DNA of 64,000 bases from Antechinus flavipes (lineage: Eukaryota). The translations under genes and the position numbers were made by a program. Below, in pieces: positions 39,046 to 53,507 of the stretch (position 1 is the stretch's first letter; each line of letters starts with the position of its first letter). Location: assembly GCF_016432865.1 (NCBI RefSeq), contig NC_067399.1, positions 470,952,001 through 471,016,000 of the forward strand, written 5' to 3'. The notes beneath the pieces were generated by a model, which saw nothing but the letters and a program-made list of their open reading frames with translations, made no database searches and had not been told where the DNA came from.

Positions 39046-41507
39046 CCCAACACAGAGCCTTGTAAGATTCTCATATTAAGATGACAGGAACAGGAAGATG
39101 AGCAGAGAAAGAAGACTCAGGAAGGGTCACATGGCTTAGAAAGAGAAACATAATAAACCAAAGATTGGAAAGGTATTTACCAAGCTAAAAAAAATGAGAG
39201 TATCTAACAGTGTTTATTGCTATTCAAAGATAAAGGATGAGAGCTGAAAAAAGAATTGTGATGTATTTTGCAATTGAGAAGTCATTAGTGACCTTGGAAA
39301 CAGCAATATTAGTAGGGCCAGAAGTCAACATTCTAAGGAATGAGGAATGAGCAGATAATGAGGTGGTCAAAGTAGAGAATGCAGATTACTCTCTTTAGAA
39401 GTTAAACAGTGAAAGGAAAGGGGGAAAGAGGATGATAGTTTAAGGTCACTGTCAAAGGAATTTTTGTTTATCTGTTTTAGGATATTAGCCAGCAATGGGA
39501 ATTAGCCATCTTCTCTAGCAGGGGAGGAGAATTTGAAGGGGTGAGACTACAGAGAGAGAATGATAGAACAAAGAACAAACATCAGCAACATTTTCTGTTT
39601 ATTCCAACTCCAACTCATCGGTATCGAAATAATCTATATTTATCCTCCAGAAGAAATCCTCAAACTCCCAGAAATTCCATTCTCTTGAGAGAAAAAAATG
39701 AACGAAAATCTATTTGCCTCTTTCATCTGCCCTATTATTATAGGCATCTCTACCCTACTGGGTAAGCATTATTAAGAAGTCTATGTCATCCTTTGAGATG
39801 CAGAGAGAGGAAAGGATAAAGACAAAAGTCTTGAGATATGGACGTTAGAAAATATGGGACCTCTTAACATACAGAAGAATTTGGGGTCTTCTGCCTAGAA
39901 AAGCAATAGGGACAAAATGGAGCTGAAGCAGTTAAAAATGACAGCAAAATCTAAGGGGTGATCATGTAAATAGCTGTAAATAGCTTGTAAATAGCTGAGG
40001 GAAAATGGAGAGAGAGCCAGTGGGAACTGAGGAAGTAACTGAAAAGCCAGAATGAATAAAGATTGAAGTCACCTAGAATCAACCAATCAAGAAGCACTTA
40101 TTAAGTGCGTATTATGTTCACTACTATGATGGCAGAGCTTGAATGACAGAAAAGACTGTGAGAAAGGTGCCAAATTCCTTAAATGAGATTGAAGAGTAAC
40201 CTGAAGGAAGGAAAATAGTTGGGTAGATCAGAAGAGAGTAATGGAGCTTGAAGGTTTGGAGTTCACCAGAGGTGTGGTTATATGATTATAGAAGAACAAG
40301 AACTTAGAAGTGGCTCCGGGGAGCAAGGAGGATGCTGTGAATCAAGGTTCTTGAGTGGAAGAGCCAGCTAGTGTTGGAGAGGGTGGGTGAGGGATGAGAT
40401 GTTGTCAGGGTGGAGTCAGATTCCAGTGAGAATGCAAAGATAGGAGCAGAAGAGGAAGTAATTGGTGATAAAATTGCAGATACTGCAAGAGACCTTTGCA
40501 GCTTGGGGGAGCTTTCATATGCTGGTGGTTGCAAGGTCCTGGGGCCAGCCTAATTCAAAGCTGTATTTGAAAAGTTACTGGAAAATACATCCTTCCTCAC
40601 CCCCCCATCCCTTGGCAACATGAGTTTGCAACCATAGCAACAGCAACAGATAATGAGAGCAACAAATCTGTCCCAACCTGGAAAGAAATATGTTTATCAT
40701 CATTTAAAATGAGAAAAATCACATTTTCTCTGGCTCTGGGGCCCAGGTAGAGGGGTCATCATCTTCCCACTGCTTCAGGATAATGGGAGACTTATGTGGT
40801 ACTAGTTCTGGGTCAGTAAGGGCCAGAGGGAACAGACCTAACCCATCTTCTCAGAGTACGATAGCTATAGGAGCAGCCTCTTCTACACAACCTCTATTTA
40901 TCAGTCTGGGCTAGGATATTTCTTGAGCCTGTAGTCAGTACATTGTCTCCCATTGAGACAATGGGATGGTGATTATATTGGGAAGAGAATGCCATAATTC
41001 CAAGGGTATAACTGTCATTTTTGAGGTCAGAAGAAAAAAAAAAGTTAGTCAATAAACATTTATTAAATACCTACTATGTGCTAGGAAGTAATGAGTGCTG
41101 TTACAGTTTTCAAAAGTTTACAACTTATATTGGTAATTATGTTTACAAAGTATTTTCCTGTGAGTTAGGTGGCATAAGGATTAAAACCATTTTATAGAAA
41201 CTGAGGCTCATAAAGAAGGCACTCCAAAGTTTCAAAGTACTTACCACCTTCCACTCTCATTCCATCTCTGAGCATTTGTAAGATAGATATAATCATTTTT
41301 GCACTATTTATCTCACAAAGTAATTTCCTAGCTAGTCTTTATGCTTCCAGTTTCTCTCTATCCCCATCCCCATTCCATCTTATATAGACTGCCAATTCAA
41401 TTTTCCTTAAATACTGCTTTCAACATGGCATTCCCCTGATCAGTAACATTTAATGACTCCCTGTTCTGTCTCCCGAATCTGGTTTCCAAAGCCCTTTGTA
41501 ATCTAGC

Positions 41508-41701
41508 CAAGGGTCCTAACCCCTGGGATCTGTGAACCTTTCTTTGAAATGTTTAGATGTCTTTGTTTTAGTGCAGTTGTTTTGCATTGCAACCCCACCT
41601 ATTTTATTTCATACATTTGAAAACATCATTCTAAGAAGGGGGCTACAGACCTCACCCAACTGCCAAAGGGTCTATGATACAGAAAAAGTTAAAAAGCCTT
41701 G
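41508..41701. mobile_element. Old hAT-Charlie-like MITE (related copies at ~51148-51330 and ~61076-61300)
   Basis: Degenerate TIRs caagggtcctaacc ... aagttaaaaagccttg; the internal motif attctaagaagggggctacagacctcacc..actgccaaagggtctatgatac recurs in the other two copies; inserted at atctagcc (NTCTAGAN-like). Confidence 0.55.
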
Positions 41702-42599
41702 GCCTGGCTTCACCTTGCCTGTCCAGTCTTACTGCCCTCTCTACCAAGCACACAGCCTCTGTTCCAATCTGGCCAACATCTCTCCTATCTCATGAATATG
41801 CAATGTGTAGCCCTTCCTCTTTACCTTTACTCAGGTTAAGTTCTCTTGCTTAAAGTGTCCTTCTCTCCTTCCTTATCCCAATCTACTTATCCTTTAATAC
41901 CTGGATCAAATTCCACTTTTTCCATAAAGCTTTCCCTTATCATTCTAGCCACACAGACATCTCTCTCCATCCTCTAGGCGTCTACAATCCCCAGTGTCTA
42001 TACTTTTCATTGGGTCTGGAACAGATCTGAGATATATCCATAAGGTAATAAGATAGATTTTGTTTTGTTTCTTATAAAATCAGTCTCATTACTTAATAAC
42101 AACAACTCCTTATACTACCTTGTTATGAACTAATCCACATGCTTATAGTGCTCTCAAGTTAATAAAATGCTTTCCTCACATAATAACCCTATTAAGGTAG
42201 GTAACATAAATAAATATTATGTCTATATTATAGATAAGAAAATTGAGGCCCAGAGAAGTAGTCACATAGGTAACAGTTCCTTGAGAACAACAACTGGTTT
42301 GGGGGGTAGGTGTTTTTGTCTTTTTGTTCCTTTTATACCCCTAGAACTTAGCCCAATGTCTGGCTGTAATAGGTGAATAGATGCTTAATAAATGCTTACT
42401 TACTTAACTAGCATATGTTAGAACCAAGACTGAAAATACATTTCTCCTGGTTCCAAGTCCAACACTCTAATACACAGAATGCCTTTTATTATCAGATAAT
42501 TTTTCAAAAGTATTGATCCAATTTCCAATTTGCCATAAAATTCACAGAGGGCAAAGATTATCTCTGTGAACCCCCTGGAGGGCAGAGGGTTTTGACACT

Positions 42600-42830
42600 G
42601 TGGCATATAAAGTGTATGTGAAGGAATTAAAGATGACTTGGGAGAATATGTTGGCTCTCTTTAAGTAACTTAAGGGTTATTATTTGGAATAGAAATTAGA
42701 CTTAAATGATTTAATCACACATAAAGAAAAATTTAGCTGTCCCAAAGTGGAATGAACAGTCTTGGGGAGTTTCTATTTTCTGGGAGGTCTTCAAAGACTA
42801 GATAACAGTTTGTCTGGATTCTGATAGAGA
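42600..42830 (+). mobile_element. CR1/L3 3' end remnant
   Basis: agctgtcccaaagtggaatg...gaggtcttcaaag...ctagataac pattern typical of the L3 3' end. Confidence 0.55.
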
Positions 42831-44002
42831 AGACTATAAAATGGGAATTACACCCATTTCTGAATTACACCTTTGGATCTTTGCAATCCCTTACCACTAT
42901 AGCTTCAAAAAACTTAGGATTTATCACTCAACCTTCTAAGAATCAACCAAGAGGCAAGTCTGGCTCTGAATTGTAAATATTTCTTCTTCTAAATCAGAAT
43001 ACAGTAAATAGCCCCCAAAGACCTAGAGACAAAGATCCAGGAACCTCTTCTTCAGAAGAATAAAAATAAAAAACCAAGCAAGCAAGAGATTCAAAATAGC
43101 TCCAGGATTTTGAGTGTCCTTGGCAAGCTGTGTTTTATTTTCCACTGAAGTCTTTGAGATGTGAATAAATAATAACTTTCATTTTGCTAGCTATCCAAGA
43201 TTTTACAAGTCCTTCTTACAAACAACCCTACCAAGTAAATGTGCAAACCCATTTTTTAGACAAGGAAACTTTGTTTCACAGTATTTGAATGACTTACTCA
43301 GGGTTATACATTAATAAGTGTAACTTTATTAATAATAATAAACTGAGATTTAAACCCAAGTCTGTACTTATATCAACTCAAATGCATTTCCCACTACACT
43401 CTGCCATCTCTTCATGTACTGTAGTCCAAATAATTCAGATATCTCAATATCCTAGAATCTATTCCTACAATCTTATATGTATAATCATATTAATCTATTA
43501 TTGTGTTCTAGTGTTAAAATGTATAATGTTTGAAAGTTGTATTAAAACATATCTCTCATAAGGCCTCTTTATATGTCATATCTGCCTTACCTATTCCTAC
43601 GTCAATGAAAGATAATGAGCCATTGTAGACGGTAAACACAGCAATGGACTCATTTAGGATTTACTGATGTGAACTACAAAAAGTATTAGTAAATACTGAT
43701 GCTAATATACTTTTGTAGAATCACAGAATCTTAGGGTCAAAAACAATTCTAGGGATAACCTTATCTAAGAAACACCAGAACACATAAAAAAGTATTAGGA
43801 CTGTGGCTTCCCATGTGATATCTTTAAGTCATTGGGTAAGACAGCATTTTATCATAAAAAGAATATTGAACTTGGAATGAGAAGACCAGGTCTGAGTTCT
43901 GATTCAGATTCTTAACAGCTTTGTCACCCTGGGCACAGCTTACTTACTGACCTATAAAATGGAAATAATGTGCTTTATAAATTTTTACAAATATTGATGG
44001 GA

Positions 44003-44093
44003 CTAGGGGAGGGGGTGGAGGGAGGGAGGGGAAAAAAATCGGAACAGAAACGAGTGTCAATATAAAGTAATTATTAAATAAAAAATTAAAAAA
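44003..44093 (+). mobile_element. 91-bp young L1 3' tip with an internal deletion
   Basis: G-rich L1 3' UTR tip and A tail; perfect 16-bp TSD acaaatattgatggga at 43987-44002 and 44094-44109. Confidence 0.92.
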
Positions 44094-45048
44094 ACAAATA
44101 TTGATGGGAATATAAGCTTTAATTATATTAAGTATGATTCCCATGTCCTGGTTCTCTCTCCAAAAGGGGGAAAAGACTAATGCCTCCTTGTCATTTCAAA
44201 ATTAGTCTCTACCAGTAGCCTATCTTTATGTGATTTCTTTGAACTTTTTCATAGCCTTGGCCTTTGCCTTTTCCATTCTTCACTGTTTTCTTTGCTATTC
44301 ACTTACTTTATTGAGAATCATCTTTTTTTTTTTTTTTGTATCGTCTTATAATTGACCCACCACATTTAACTTTTGTTTCTGTCTGTGACCATGGATCTGC
44401 CATTTTGGTTTCTTCCCTCCCTCAATGCCTGGGTACCCTGCCTATCAGAATCCCATGGTCATCTCCAGCTCAAAGGAACTTCTTTAAAGTACTTTTTTTA
44501 TAACTCCATCATGGCTGTGGCAGCTGGCTCCTCACCCAGCCCCTGCCTTTATACTAAAGATCTTCCTTCTCCTCTATGTCTCCAACCCACTCATGCCTTA
44601 GCAAACTATTTTCATTCTGGTGATTCGACCAACTTTCACAACGATTTAAATAATTTTAAGCATCTGCTATTTATTCTTTATACTAAATTCTGGGTGATGA
44701 GCTTCTTTACTAAATCCTGAATGACAAATGTGCAATCGACATCAGGTTTGTACTTGAAACCTTCCTGGTCTAGTCCAGTAGCGTCTAACCAGGAACCTCT
44801 AGTAGAGGTCACAGGGTATAAATGACTGATAGTAAGTCTCATCAAGACATAAGAGGTTTGGTAATTTTGCTGATTGGGCACTTTACATTTCACCTTTAAC
44901 TGAGCTCTGCAGTGTAATTAGATACCATTCTTTTCTTGAAGGGTTCTGTATGTGTGTGTCTCTGTGTGTGTCTCTGTTTCTCTCTGTCTTTATCCTTTGT
45001 CTCTGCTTCTGTCTCTGTCTCCCTCTCTCCCTCCCTTCTCTTTCTCTC

Positions 45049-45183
45049 NNNNNNNNNNNNNNNNNNNNNNNNNNNNNNNNNNNNNNNNNNNNNNNNNNNN
45101 NNNNNNNNNNNNNNNNNNNNNNNNNNNNNNNNNNNNNNNNNNNNNNNNNNNNNNNNNNNNNNNNNNNNNNNNNNNNNNNNNNN
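45049..45183. other. Assembly gap (N-run) next to a (CT)/(GT) microsatellite
   Basis: Run of N after tgtgtgtctctg...ctctctc. Confidence 1.
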
Positions 45184-45412
45184 CTGTAGCACTTGATAAA
45201 ATGGTAGCCAAATATTCTAGTAGCTATTATAGTCACTGCCTCACTGACGTTTTCCAGGATCTTATAACCTTCTGAAGCCCCATGATCACTTGGACTTATT
45301 TATCTTGTGGTGGCTGCTTAGTTACCTAGTAGGGAAAGGAAATAGGGAAAGGAAACACGCACAAAAAAGAGGTGGCCCCATGCCAAGCACAGACTTGCCT
45401 AGGTAGGATATA

Positions 45413-45737
45413 CAGTTGTCCCTTCTACATCTTGGGGGTTGGGGCACAAAACCCCTGTGATCTGAAAAATCCACATAAAATTTTTTGACCCTTTATACTA
45501 GAGAAGAAATCTAAATTATTACAGTATTAAAAAATAAAGTATCTTGATATTATGTAACATCATACACATTATTTTATGCGTTTCTGAGTTTCTAAACTTA
45601 TTCTGTGTTGTGTACTGGCTTTTGTGTGTCATCTGCAGCTTTTGCAAGATTCCCAAAAAATTCCCATTTAATTTATTATGCTGACCCATGATATCAAAAC
45701 TGTGATAGGGAAAGTCATGATGTGGAAGGGATCATTT
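45413..45737. mobile_element. Tigger/pogo-like non-autonomous DNA transposon
   Basis: TA then CAGTTGTCCCTTCTACATC at the left; gatgtggaagggat at 45719-45732 is its near reverse complement; right terminus degenerate. Confidence 0.6.
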
Positions 45738-47459
45738 TTTGTACACAGCTATATGGGGCCAGAGAATGGATAAGGCTTCTACTATTCTACTACTTGACTC
45801 TACCAGGTTAATCTTGGAATAGGCCAGATTGTTAGAAGTCAGAAAGGAAGAAAATGCCTGTACATATTCCACAAGGGGAAAGGCATCCAAAGGAAACTAC
45901 TACACTAGCTTGACAGTATCTTCCAGAGACTTTGCTCTCTTGGCTTCTCGTGTTAATACCCAGCATCATTTCCATTCCATCATCAGGCACTGGAGCAAAA
46001 CTTTAATTTAAAAAGCTGTGACAGAGCTGTCTACAATTTCGGTGTGGTTGTTCTTATCAATGCTTTTACATTTTCATTAACTCTGTCATATAAGGATGGA
46101 AGTAGACACAGTTCTGTGACTTTGGGGATCTTGTGGAACAACACAGTTGCATTTTAGCTTTCTCTTTGAACTATGTGCTTATGAAGATGCCATTCGTTAC
46201 TTCCAAGCCACATCTTGAATTTGATTCGATGGTATATTATTAAAGTCTAAGCAACTTCTCCATCAGTCTCTACAGAAAAACTTTTATCCCTGGAATTCAC
46301 AAAAAGCATCATCTTGTTTTCCCCAGACCCCAAAAACCACCTAAGTGAATATTTTCTGACTTTGAGCTAATCTCCAGAAAACGATGTTTTGGGTTTCTTA
46401 GACTGCTGACTACGGGAATTTGTCGGGTTTATTGGTTAATAGCAAATTGCTAAGTTGACTTCTCTTGCCTTCCTCAGTTTAAACTAGAGTGGTGCAACCT
46501 CACAGATTTTATGTGGAAAAAATGCTAATGAACCAAAGTTTCTGGAAATTTAAACCATATTTTTGTCTTTCCTGGTTTTCTTACTCACATATTGATGTGG
46601 GTACTTCTACACTTCTGGAGTACAAGGGTATGTGATTTTACCCACATGGCAACTCTGTCCACAGAGACATACAGAATACAGAACACAATTCCCTCCATGT
46701 CTTAGCAGATGGCTTAATAAGTTCCTTTTGTTTAGCCCACCCTCTCAGTACCACTCGGCTTCTCCTCCCTCAAAAAGAAAAATCATCTTCTTGTGGCGAA
46801 GGCTCCAGGGAAGAAACTTCCTGCATTTAGCTAAGTTTCTCTTTGACTTGAAGCTCTCCAGTGATGGGAAATTCATTACCTAATGAATTAACCCATTCTA
46901 TTTTCAGACATCTCTCAGTATTAAGGTTTTCTTTTCTCTGTATGTGGACTCTAAATCCATCTTTTTGAAACTTTTACTCATGATTTTGAGGCCAACAGAT
47001 CAAGTCTAATCCCTATTGTGCAGAGCCCTTCAAATAATTGAAATTATCATATCCATAGGGAGACAACATGATATGATAGAAAGGAACCTTTGGCTCCTAG
47101 GTTAGAGGACCTGAATTCACATTCCATTGCTGAAGCTTACTATCTGTGAAACTTTGGGAAGTCACTTAAATTCTTTGTACCACAGTTTCATTAACAAGAA
47201 AGTTTTGGTTTAGATGGCCTCCAAGGTCCCTTTCAACTCTAGATCTCTGATCCTGTGTGATCTCTGTTCCATTCTCCATGCTAAATAACTCCAGTTCTTT
47301 AATATAGCATAGTCACCAGCCTTTCCATTATCCTTTGGATATGCTTCATCTTCTTGGTATCCTTTGTAAATTAAGGTGCCCACAACTGGACATGATGCTC
47401 TAGATGTGGCCTCATAAGGTTTTAATAGGAGTTAGAATAGCCTGTGGTTATTTTTTCCA

Positions 47460-47990
47460 TTCAGTAGTATTTTTTTTTCCAATTACATGGAAGCATTCAT
47501 TTTTATAAGATTTTGATTTTCAGATTTTTTTCTCTTTCCCTCCCCAAGATGGCATATTATAGATTATATATGTACAATCATATTAGACATTTCCACATTA
47601 GTCATGTTGTAAGAGAAGAATCAAAAACAAAAGGGAAAACTGTGGAAAAGAGAAAACAACAACAAAAATGAAAATAGTATGCTTGGATATGCATTGAGAG
47701 TCTATAGTTCTTTTGATGTGGATAGTGTCTTCCTTCATGAAACTTTTGGAATTATCCTGGATCTTTGTACTACTGAAAAAAACTAATTAATTTATAGTTG
47801 ATCGCTATCCAGTGTTGCTCTTATTATGTACAATGTTTTCCTACTTCTGCTTACTTCACTTAGCTTCATGAAATCTTTTCAGGTTTTTCTGAAATCTTCT
47901 TGTTCATCATTTCTTATAGAACAATAGTATTCCATTACATTCATATACCACAATTTGTTCATCCATTTCTCAATCACCTTGTGGTTCTAA
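47460..47990 (-). mobile_element. Old L1 3' end fragment
   Basis: Antisense L1 3' UTR/ORF2 end (agaacaatagtattccattacattcatataccacaatttgttcatccatt). Confidence 0.75.
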
Positions 47991-48292
47991 GCCTATATTC
48001 ATTCTGTAGGGGATTAGAAATACGCTTACTTTCAAGAAAGTATCTTGAAAAACTTATCTCCATTTTGAGAATAGTTTATATTTAGCTTGAGCTTTTTTTC
48101 CCAGTTAACCTTGGGTATTTATGTTTAAAAACTTTGCCACATGATCTATGAAGACTTAATATCCCCAACTTCATATCCCTAACATCCCCTTCTACAAGCT
48201 AATTCATCAAGTTCTTCAAATTCCATAACCTCTATTTTCACTCCATTTCAGCTACCATCACCAACTAAAACAACTTTATGATGTAGAATTTT

Positions 48293-50087
48293 TTCTTTTT
48301 TTTATTATGGCTTTTTATTTACAAGATATATGCACAGGTAATTTTTCAGCATTGATAATTGCAAAATCTTTTGTTCCAATTTTTTCCCTCCTTCCCCCTC
48401 TCTCTCCCCTGACGGCAGGTTGACCAATACATGTAAAATATGTTAAAGTATAAGTTAAATACAATATATGTATACATGTCCATACAGTTATTTTGCTGTA
48501 CAAAAAGAATTGGACTTTGAAATAATGTACAATTAGCCTGTGAAGGAAATCAAAAATGCAGGCAGACAAAAATAGAGGGATTGGGAATTCTATGTAGTGG
48601 TTCATAGTCATCTCCCAGAGTTTTTTCGCTGGGTGAAGTTGGTTCAGTTCATTACTGCTCTGTTGGAACTGATTTGGTTCATCACAATGCTGGAAATGGC
48701 CACATTCATCAGAATTGATCATCATACAGTATTGTTATTGAAGTATATAATAATCTCCTGGTCCTGCTCATTTCACTCAGCATCAGTTCATGTAAGTCTC
48801 TCCAGGCCTCTCTGAAATCATCCTGCTGGTCATTTCTTGCAGAATATTCCATAATATTCATATACCACAATTTATTCAGCTATTCTCCAATTGATGGGCA
48901 TCCACTCAGTTTCTGGTTTCTGGCCACTATGAAGAGAACTGCCACAAACATTCTTGCACATACAGGTCCCTTTCCCTTCTTTAAAATCTCTTTGGGATAT
49001 AAGCCCAGTAGTAACACTGCTGGATAAAAGGGTATGCACAGTTTGATAACTTTTTGAGCATAGTTCCAAATCACTCTCCAGAATGGCTTGGATGTAGTCA
49101 CAATTCCACCAACAAGGCATCAGTTTCCCAGTTTTCCCACCTCCCCAGCATTCCTCATTATCTTTCCCTGTCATTCTAGCCAATCTGACAGGTATGTAGT
49201 GGTATCTCAGAGTTGTCTTAATTTGCATTTCTCTGATTAATAATGATTTGGAGCATATTTTCATATGGCTAGAAATAGTTTCAATTTCTTTGAGAATTGT
49301 CTGTTCATATCCTTTGACCATTTATCAATTGGAGAATGGCTTGATTTCTTATAAATTAGAGTCAATTCTCTATATATTTTGGAAATGAAGCCTTTGTCAG
49401 AACCTTTGACTGTAAAAATATTTTCCCAGTTTATTGCTTCCCTTTTAATCTTGTCTGCATTAGTTTTGTTTGTACAAAAATTTTTCAATTTGATATAATC
49501 AAATTTTTCTATTTTGTGATCAATAATGATCTTTAGTTCTTCTTTGGTCATAAATTCCTTCCTCTTCCACAGATCTGAGAGGTAAACTATCCTATGTTTT
49601 TCTAATTTATTTATAATCTCATTCTTTATGCCTAGGTCGTGAATCCATTTTGACTTTATCTTGGTGTATGGTGTTAACTATGGATCAATGCCTAGTTTCT
49701 GCCATACTAATTTCCAATTTTCCCAGCAGTTTTTGTCAAACAGTAATTTCTTATCCCAAAAGCTGGGGTCTTTGGGTTTGTCAAACATTAAAGTTATTGA
49801 CTGTTTTGTCCTATTCCACTGATTGACTAGTCTATTTCTTAGCCAATACCAAATAGTTTTGGTAACCGCTGCTTTGTAATATAATTTTAGATCAGGTACA
49901 GCTAGGCCACCTTCATTTGATTTTTTTTTTCATTCATTCCCTTGAAATTCTTGACCTTTTGTTTTTTCACATGAACTTTGTTGTGATTTTTTCTAGGTCA
50001 TTAAAATAGTTTTTGGAAGTCTAATTGGTATAGCACTAAATAAATAGATTAGGTAGTATTGTCATCTTTATTTTATTTGCTCACCCA
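48293..50087 (-). mobile_element. Intermediate-age 5'-truncated L1
   Basis: Minus-strand ORF2 pieces with frameshifts; poly(T) at the left; 16-bp TSD tatgatgtagaatttt at 48277-48292 and 50088-50103. Confidence 0.94.
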
Positions 50088-50103
50088 TATGATGTAGAAT
50101 TTT

Positions 50104-50950
50104 GATCATAGTTTCCTATCATTCTGTCCCTCTCTTGACTTGGATCTCCTAAACTTATTTTTTATTCTCAGTGTCATTTCCAGTCCTTTCCCACTTTCCA
50201 TTATCTTGCTCTGGCCTCTTTTTCCTTCTTTTATATTCTTGATTCTATAATTAATTCAACTGAACATTGGCTTTTCCTTTTGACTCGTTCATCTCTTTTG
50301 TCCTACTGTCCATGCCCTGTGAACTCCAGCCTGGTTCCTTCATCAATTTTCTCAACTTATAACCAATAAGGTATAACCTTAGACACTGTGACACATATGA
50401 CACTGTGCTAAATTTATGTCCTATAATCTTAACTGGAACCTCACTGATAACAAAATTTACTACTTATCCCATTCCCTTCAATAATCATTCCAAGATTTTT
50501 CTACTCAGTTCCTAAGTACTATGTCCTTTTTTTCTATATATATATCTTTGCATGTCATTGCTTTGTACATTAAAATTAAAGTTGCCCATTTTGAGTTATC
50601 TCATCTTATACTCTGCTGCCTCAAAACCCCTCAACATGTTTATTTGTCATCTCCTTTATTCCTCACTCTTTGGAATAGTTGGGCCTTTGTCTTGATGAGG
50701 CTAAACTATTGTGCTCTTGATTATATCTACAGAAGATTGCTTCATTTATTCTCTCTTTGTCTTGATCATCAGTCTCTGTCTTTTTGCTCTTTCCCCAAGA
50801 TGCCTTCAAACATCAGACCTGTTCAAGTCCACCCTGTTCTTTAAAAAAAAAAACAAAATCCTCACATGTCCCTATTATCTTCTCAAGATATCATTTACCT
50901 TTATTGTTCTTCCCTTTTATTGCCAAACTCTTGGAAAGTCTCATTTACCT
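50104..50950 (+). mobile_element. Decayed L2 ORF2 fragment
   Basis: Pyrimidine-rich L2-like sequence (ccttttattgccaaactcttggaaag); boundaries approximate. Confidence 0.55.
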
Positions 50951-53507
50951 TTGCTGCCTCTGCTTCCAGCCACAGAAGCATAGAATTTTAGATTTATAAG
51001 GACCGTCAGGGGCCATCTAGACTAAACTATTCTGAACAAGTATTTTCTGTACATCGCACCTGACAAGTGACTTTCCAGGCTTTCCTTGAACATCTCAAGT
51101 AAAGGACAATCTGCTGCCTTTTTATCTTATTCTACCTTTGGACAACTCAAGTTCAGGATTTCACAGGGTCCATGAACTTGAATAAGGAATAAGTTCATTT
51201 TCACTAACCTTTAATTGAAATTTAGCATCACCTTCAATTGTTTAAAACCATTTTTTCCAAGAAGAGACCTATAGACTTCCCCATACTGTCAAAGAGGTCC
51301 ATGACACAACAAAAACATTAAGAATCGCTATTGTGGAGGAAAGAACGCTAGACACAGCATCAAGAGACCTGGCTTAAAATCCTGTCTTTGATACTTAGTA
51401 GCTGTGTGACTACTTGCTACCCATCTCTGAATGCTGATTTCCTCTTTTTCAAACAAAAATGATAATCTTTTCATTCCTATCTCATGCAGCAGTGGGGGAG
51501 AATATATTTTTTTAAAAGTGTGAGTTGTTATTACTACATACAGTATTTCAAGCTTATTCACTCAGTGGGCATCTCTGAGAAGCATTCTGGGAAGCAGAGA
51601 GCATCTGGGTGTCATGGAGCAGGATGCTGCTGCCCAGACCTAACTATGGCAGGCCTTCCCTGCAAGGGGTCGAAGCCCCTTGGCTTTATTTTCCTTTCAC
51701 TAAAACAGAAAAGACTTTGCTTTGCTCGATGTGGGTAGTCTTCTGAAAAGCTGAGGCAAGTTTTCCATACTTACAGCTGACCCCTAATTGCTAAGGCTTA
51801 TTATCTCATAGTGTGTTACATTGTCTCCTGTGGGTAATGAATACAAAGAACACTGTCTTATTGCCGTCCATTTGCTTTGCTGAAAGACTGGGCTCAGTGT
51901 GGTTGGAAGATAATCTGGGAGTGTTAGTGGAAAGGCTATTGAAGCTCGATCCATGAGCTCACCCCTTGGCCAGCCTCCTGGTAGCCTCAGATGTTAGGGG
52001 AATCTTTTTTTTTTTTTGCACAGTAGCTCATGTATGAGCCAAAATTGGAAAGCCCAACTCTGAGACGGGCTCTGAGAGTGTTTGCTTTGGCACTCAGGCA
52101 GACTTGCTTCTTCTACCTCAGGCTACGTAAGTTCCTAAGACTGTCCTTTGGGGAAACATTTTGCATTTCCTCTTGGTGATGTTAACAGATCCTTTGGAAG
52201 GTGGTTTTGCCACTCGCTCAGATATATGGATTTAGCTCTGAAACATAAGACCATCAAGTATGTCTTCAATTCAGGAGCTGTTGAGTGGAAAATGGGAGTG
52301 TTTCTTGGATTCCGCAGCTTTTAAAAACTGGGCAGGAGAATTCCATCATGGTTAGAATTAGGTGTCAGAAGCAGACAGAGACCTGAGGATGTAGAGTGTA
52401 GAGATGAAAGGGCCCTCAGATCTTAGGATAACATAAAATACTCAAGCTGGAAGGAGCCTTAGAAGTCATTTTGTCCACCTCCTTCTTCGTATAGAAACCC
52501 TAGGCCTATGTGGAGAACTTGGAGTGTTTAGTCTGGAGAAGAAAAAACTTAGAGCTAACATTACTTATGGCTTCAAATCTTTGAAGGACTGTCATGTGAA
52601 GACAGATTGAATGTGTTCTACTTAGCCTCAGAAAGAAGAAGTAGGGACAAGGATGGGAGAAGAAGGAGTTGCAGAGAGAGGCAGGCTTTGGTTCAGTTCA
52701 AGGACAAGTTCCTAATAATAATTTTGTCCACAAAATAATTAGGTGGTATATAGCATAAAGTGATAACTTGAAGTCAGGAAGTCTTGAGTTTGAATCCTGC
52801 AGCAGATACTTACTAGCCATGGGAACTGACTTAACCTCTCAGCCTCAGTTACCATGTCTGTAAAGTGAGGATGAAAACAATAGCAGCTATCTCCATTGTT
52901 GTATAAATCAAGTGAGATAGTATATATGTAAAAATAAACAAATTGTAAATTAGTATATATGTAGAAATAAATAAATAAATGTGTGTATATGTTTACAAAC
53001 CTAGAAGTTCTTTATAAAAGCTATTAATGATCATGTGATCTGCCTCAGAAGCCACTAGGTTTCTTGTTTTGGATTTTTTTAAGAAAAATGCTAGATATAA
53101 AATTCAACATGTATTAAGCATCTTCTCTTTGCAGAGTACCTTTGGAAGCTACAATCAGTTGAAACCAAAGCCATCCATTGCAATAGGAAAAGGCAAGTCA
53201 ATGGTAGTCCTAAAATGAGATTTGAACTTAGATCTTCTAAATCCAAATCCTGAGCTTTTTCTATTATAGCACAATGGTTTCTAAACTATAAATGCCTCTT
53301 TGAACCACCCAGCCAGCCTATGTTCTTATTTTATACATCTGAGGATGTTCAGAAAGGGAATGCTGTTCAAGTAAGGGTTAAACTAGATGTCCTTTGAGGT
53401 ATCTTCTTGAGGCCTTTAAAATTCTGTACAGTTTCAGGACCAGGAATTGTCCCCTGCTCTCCTGACCTCCTATAATGCAATATTCTTTCCCTCTACAGGA
53501 TGATGCC

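Larger units (their letters stand above)
37590..40540 (-). mobile_element. Long, highly decayed L2 (antisense), spanning a gap and a GA-rich tract
   Basis: L2 tail near 37620-37700 (cattcaacagacgtatttagcatctc); continuous purine-rich antisense L2-like sequence; boundaries approximate. Confidence 0.55.

Noticed and set aside
44715-44805. Protein-like minus-strand frame GSWLDATGLDQEGFKYKPDVDCTFVIQ with two CpGs
   Set aside because: No convincing donor and no recognisable homology; cannot be supported without a search.
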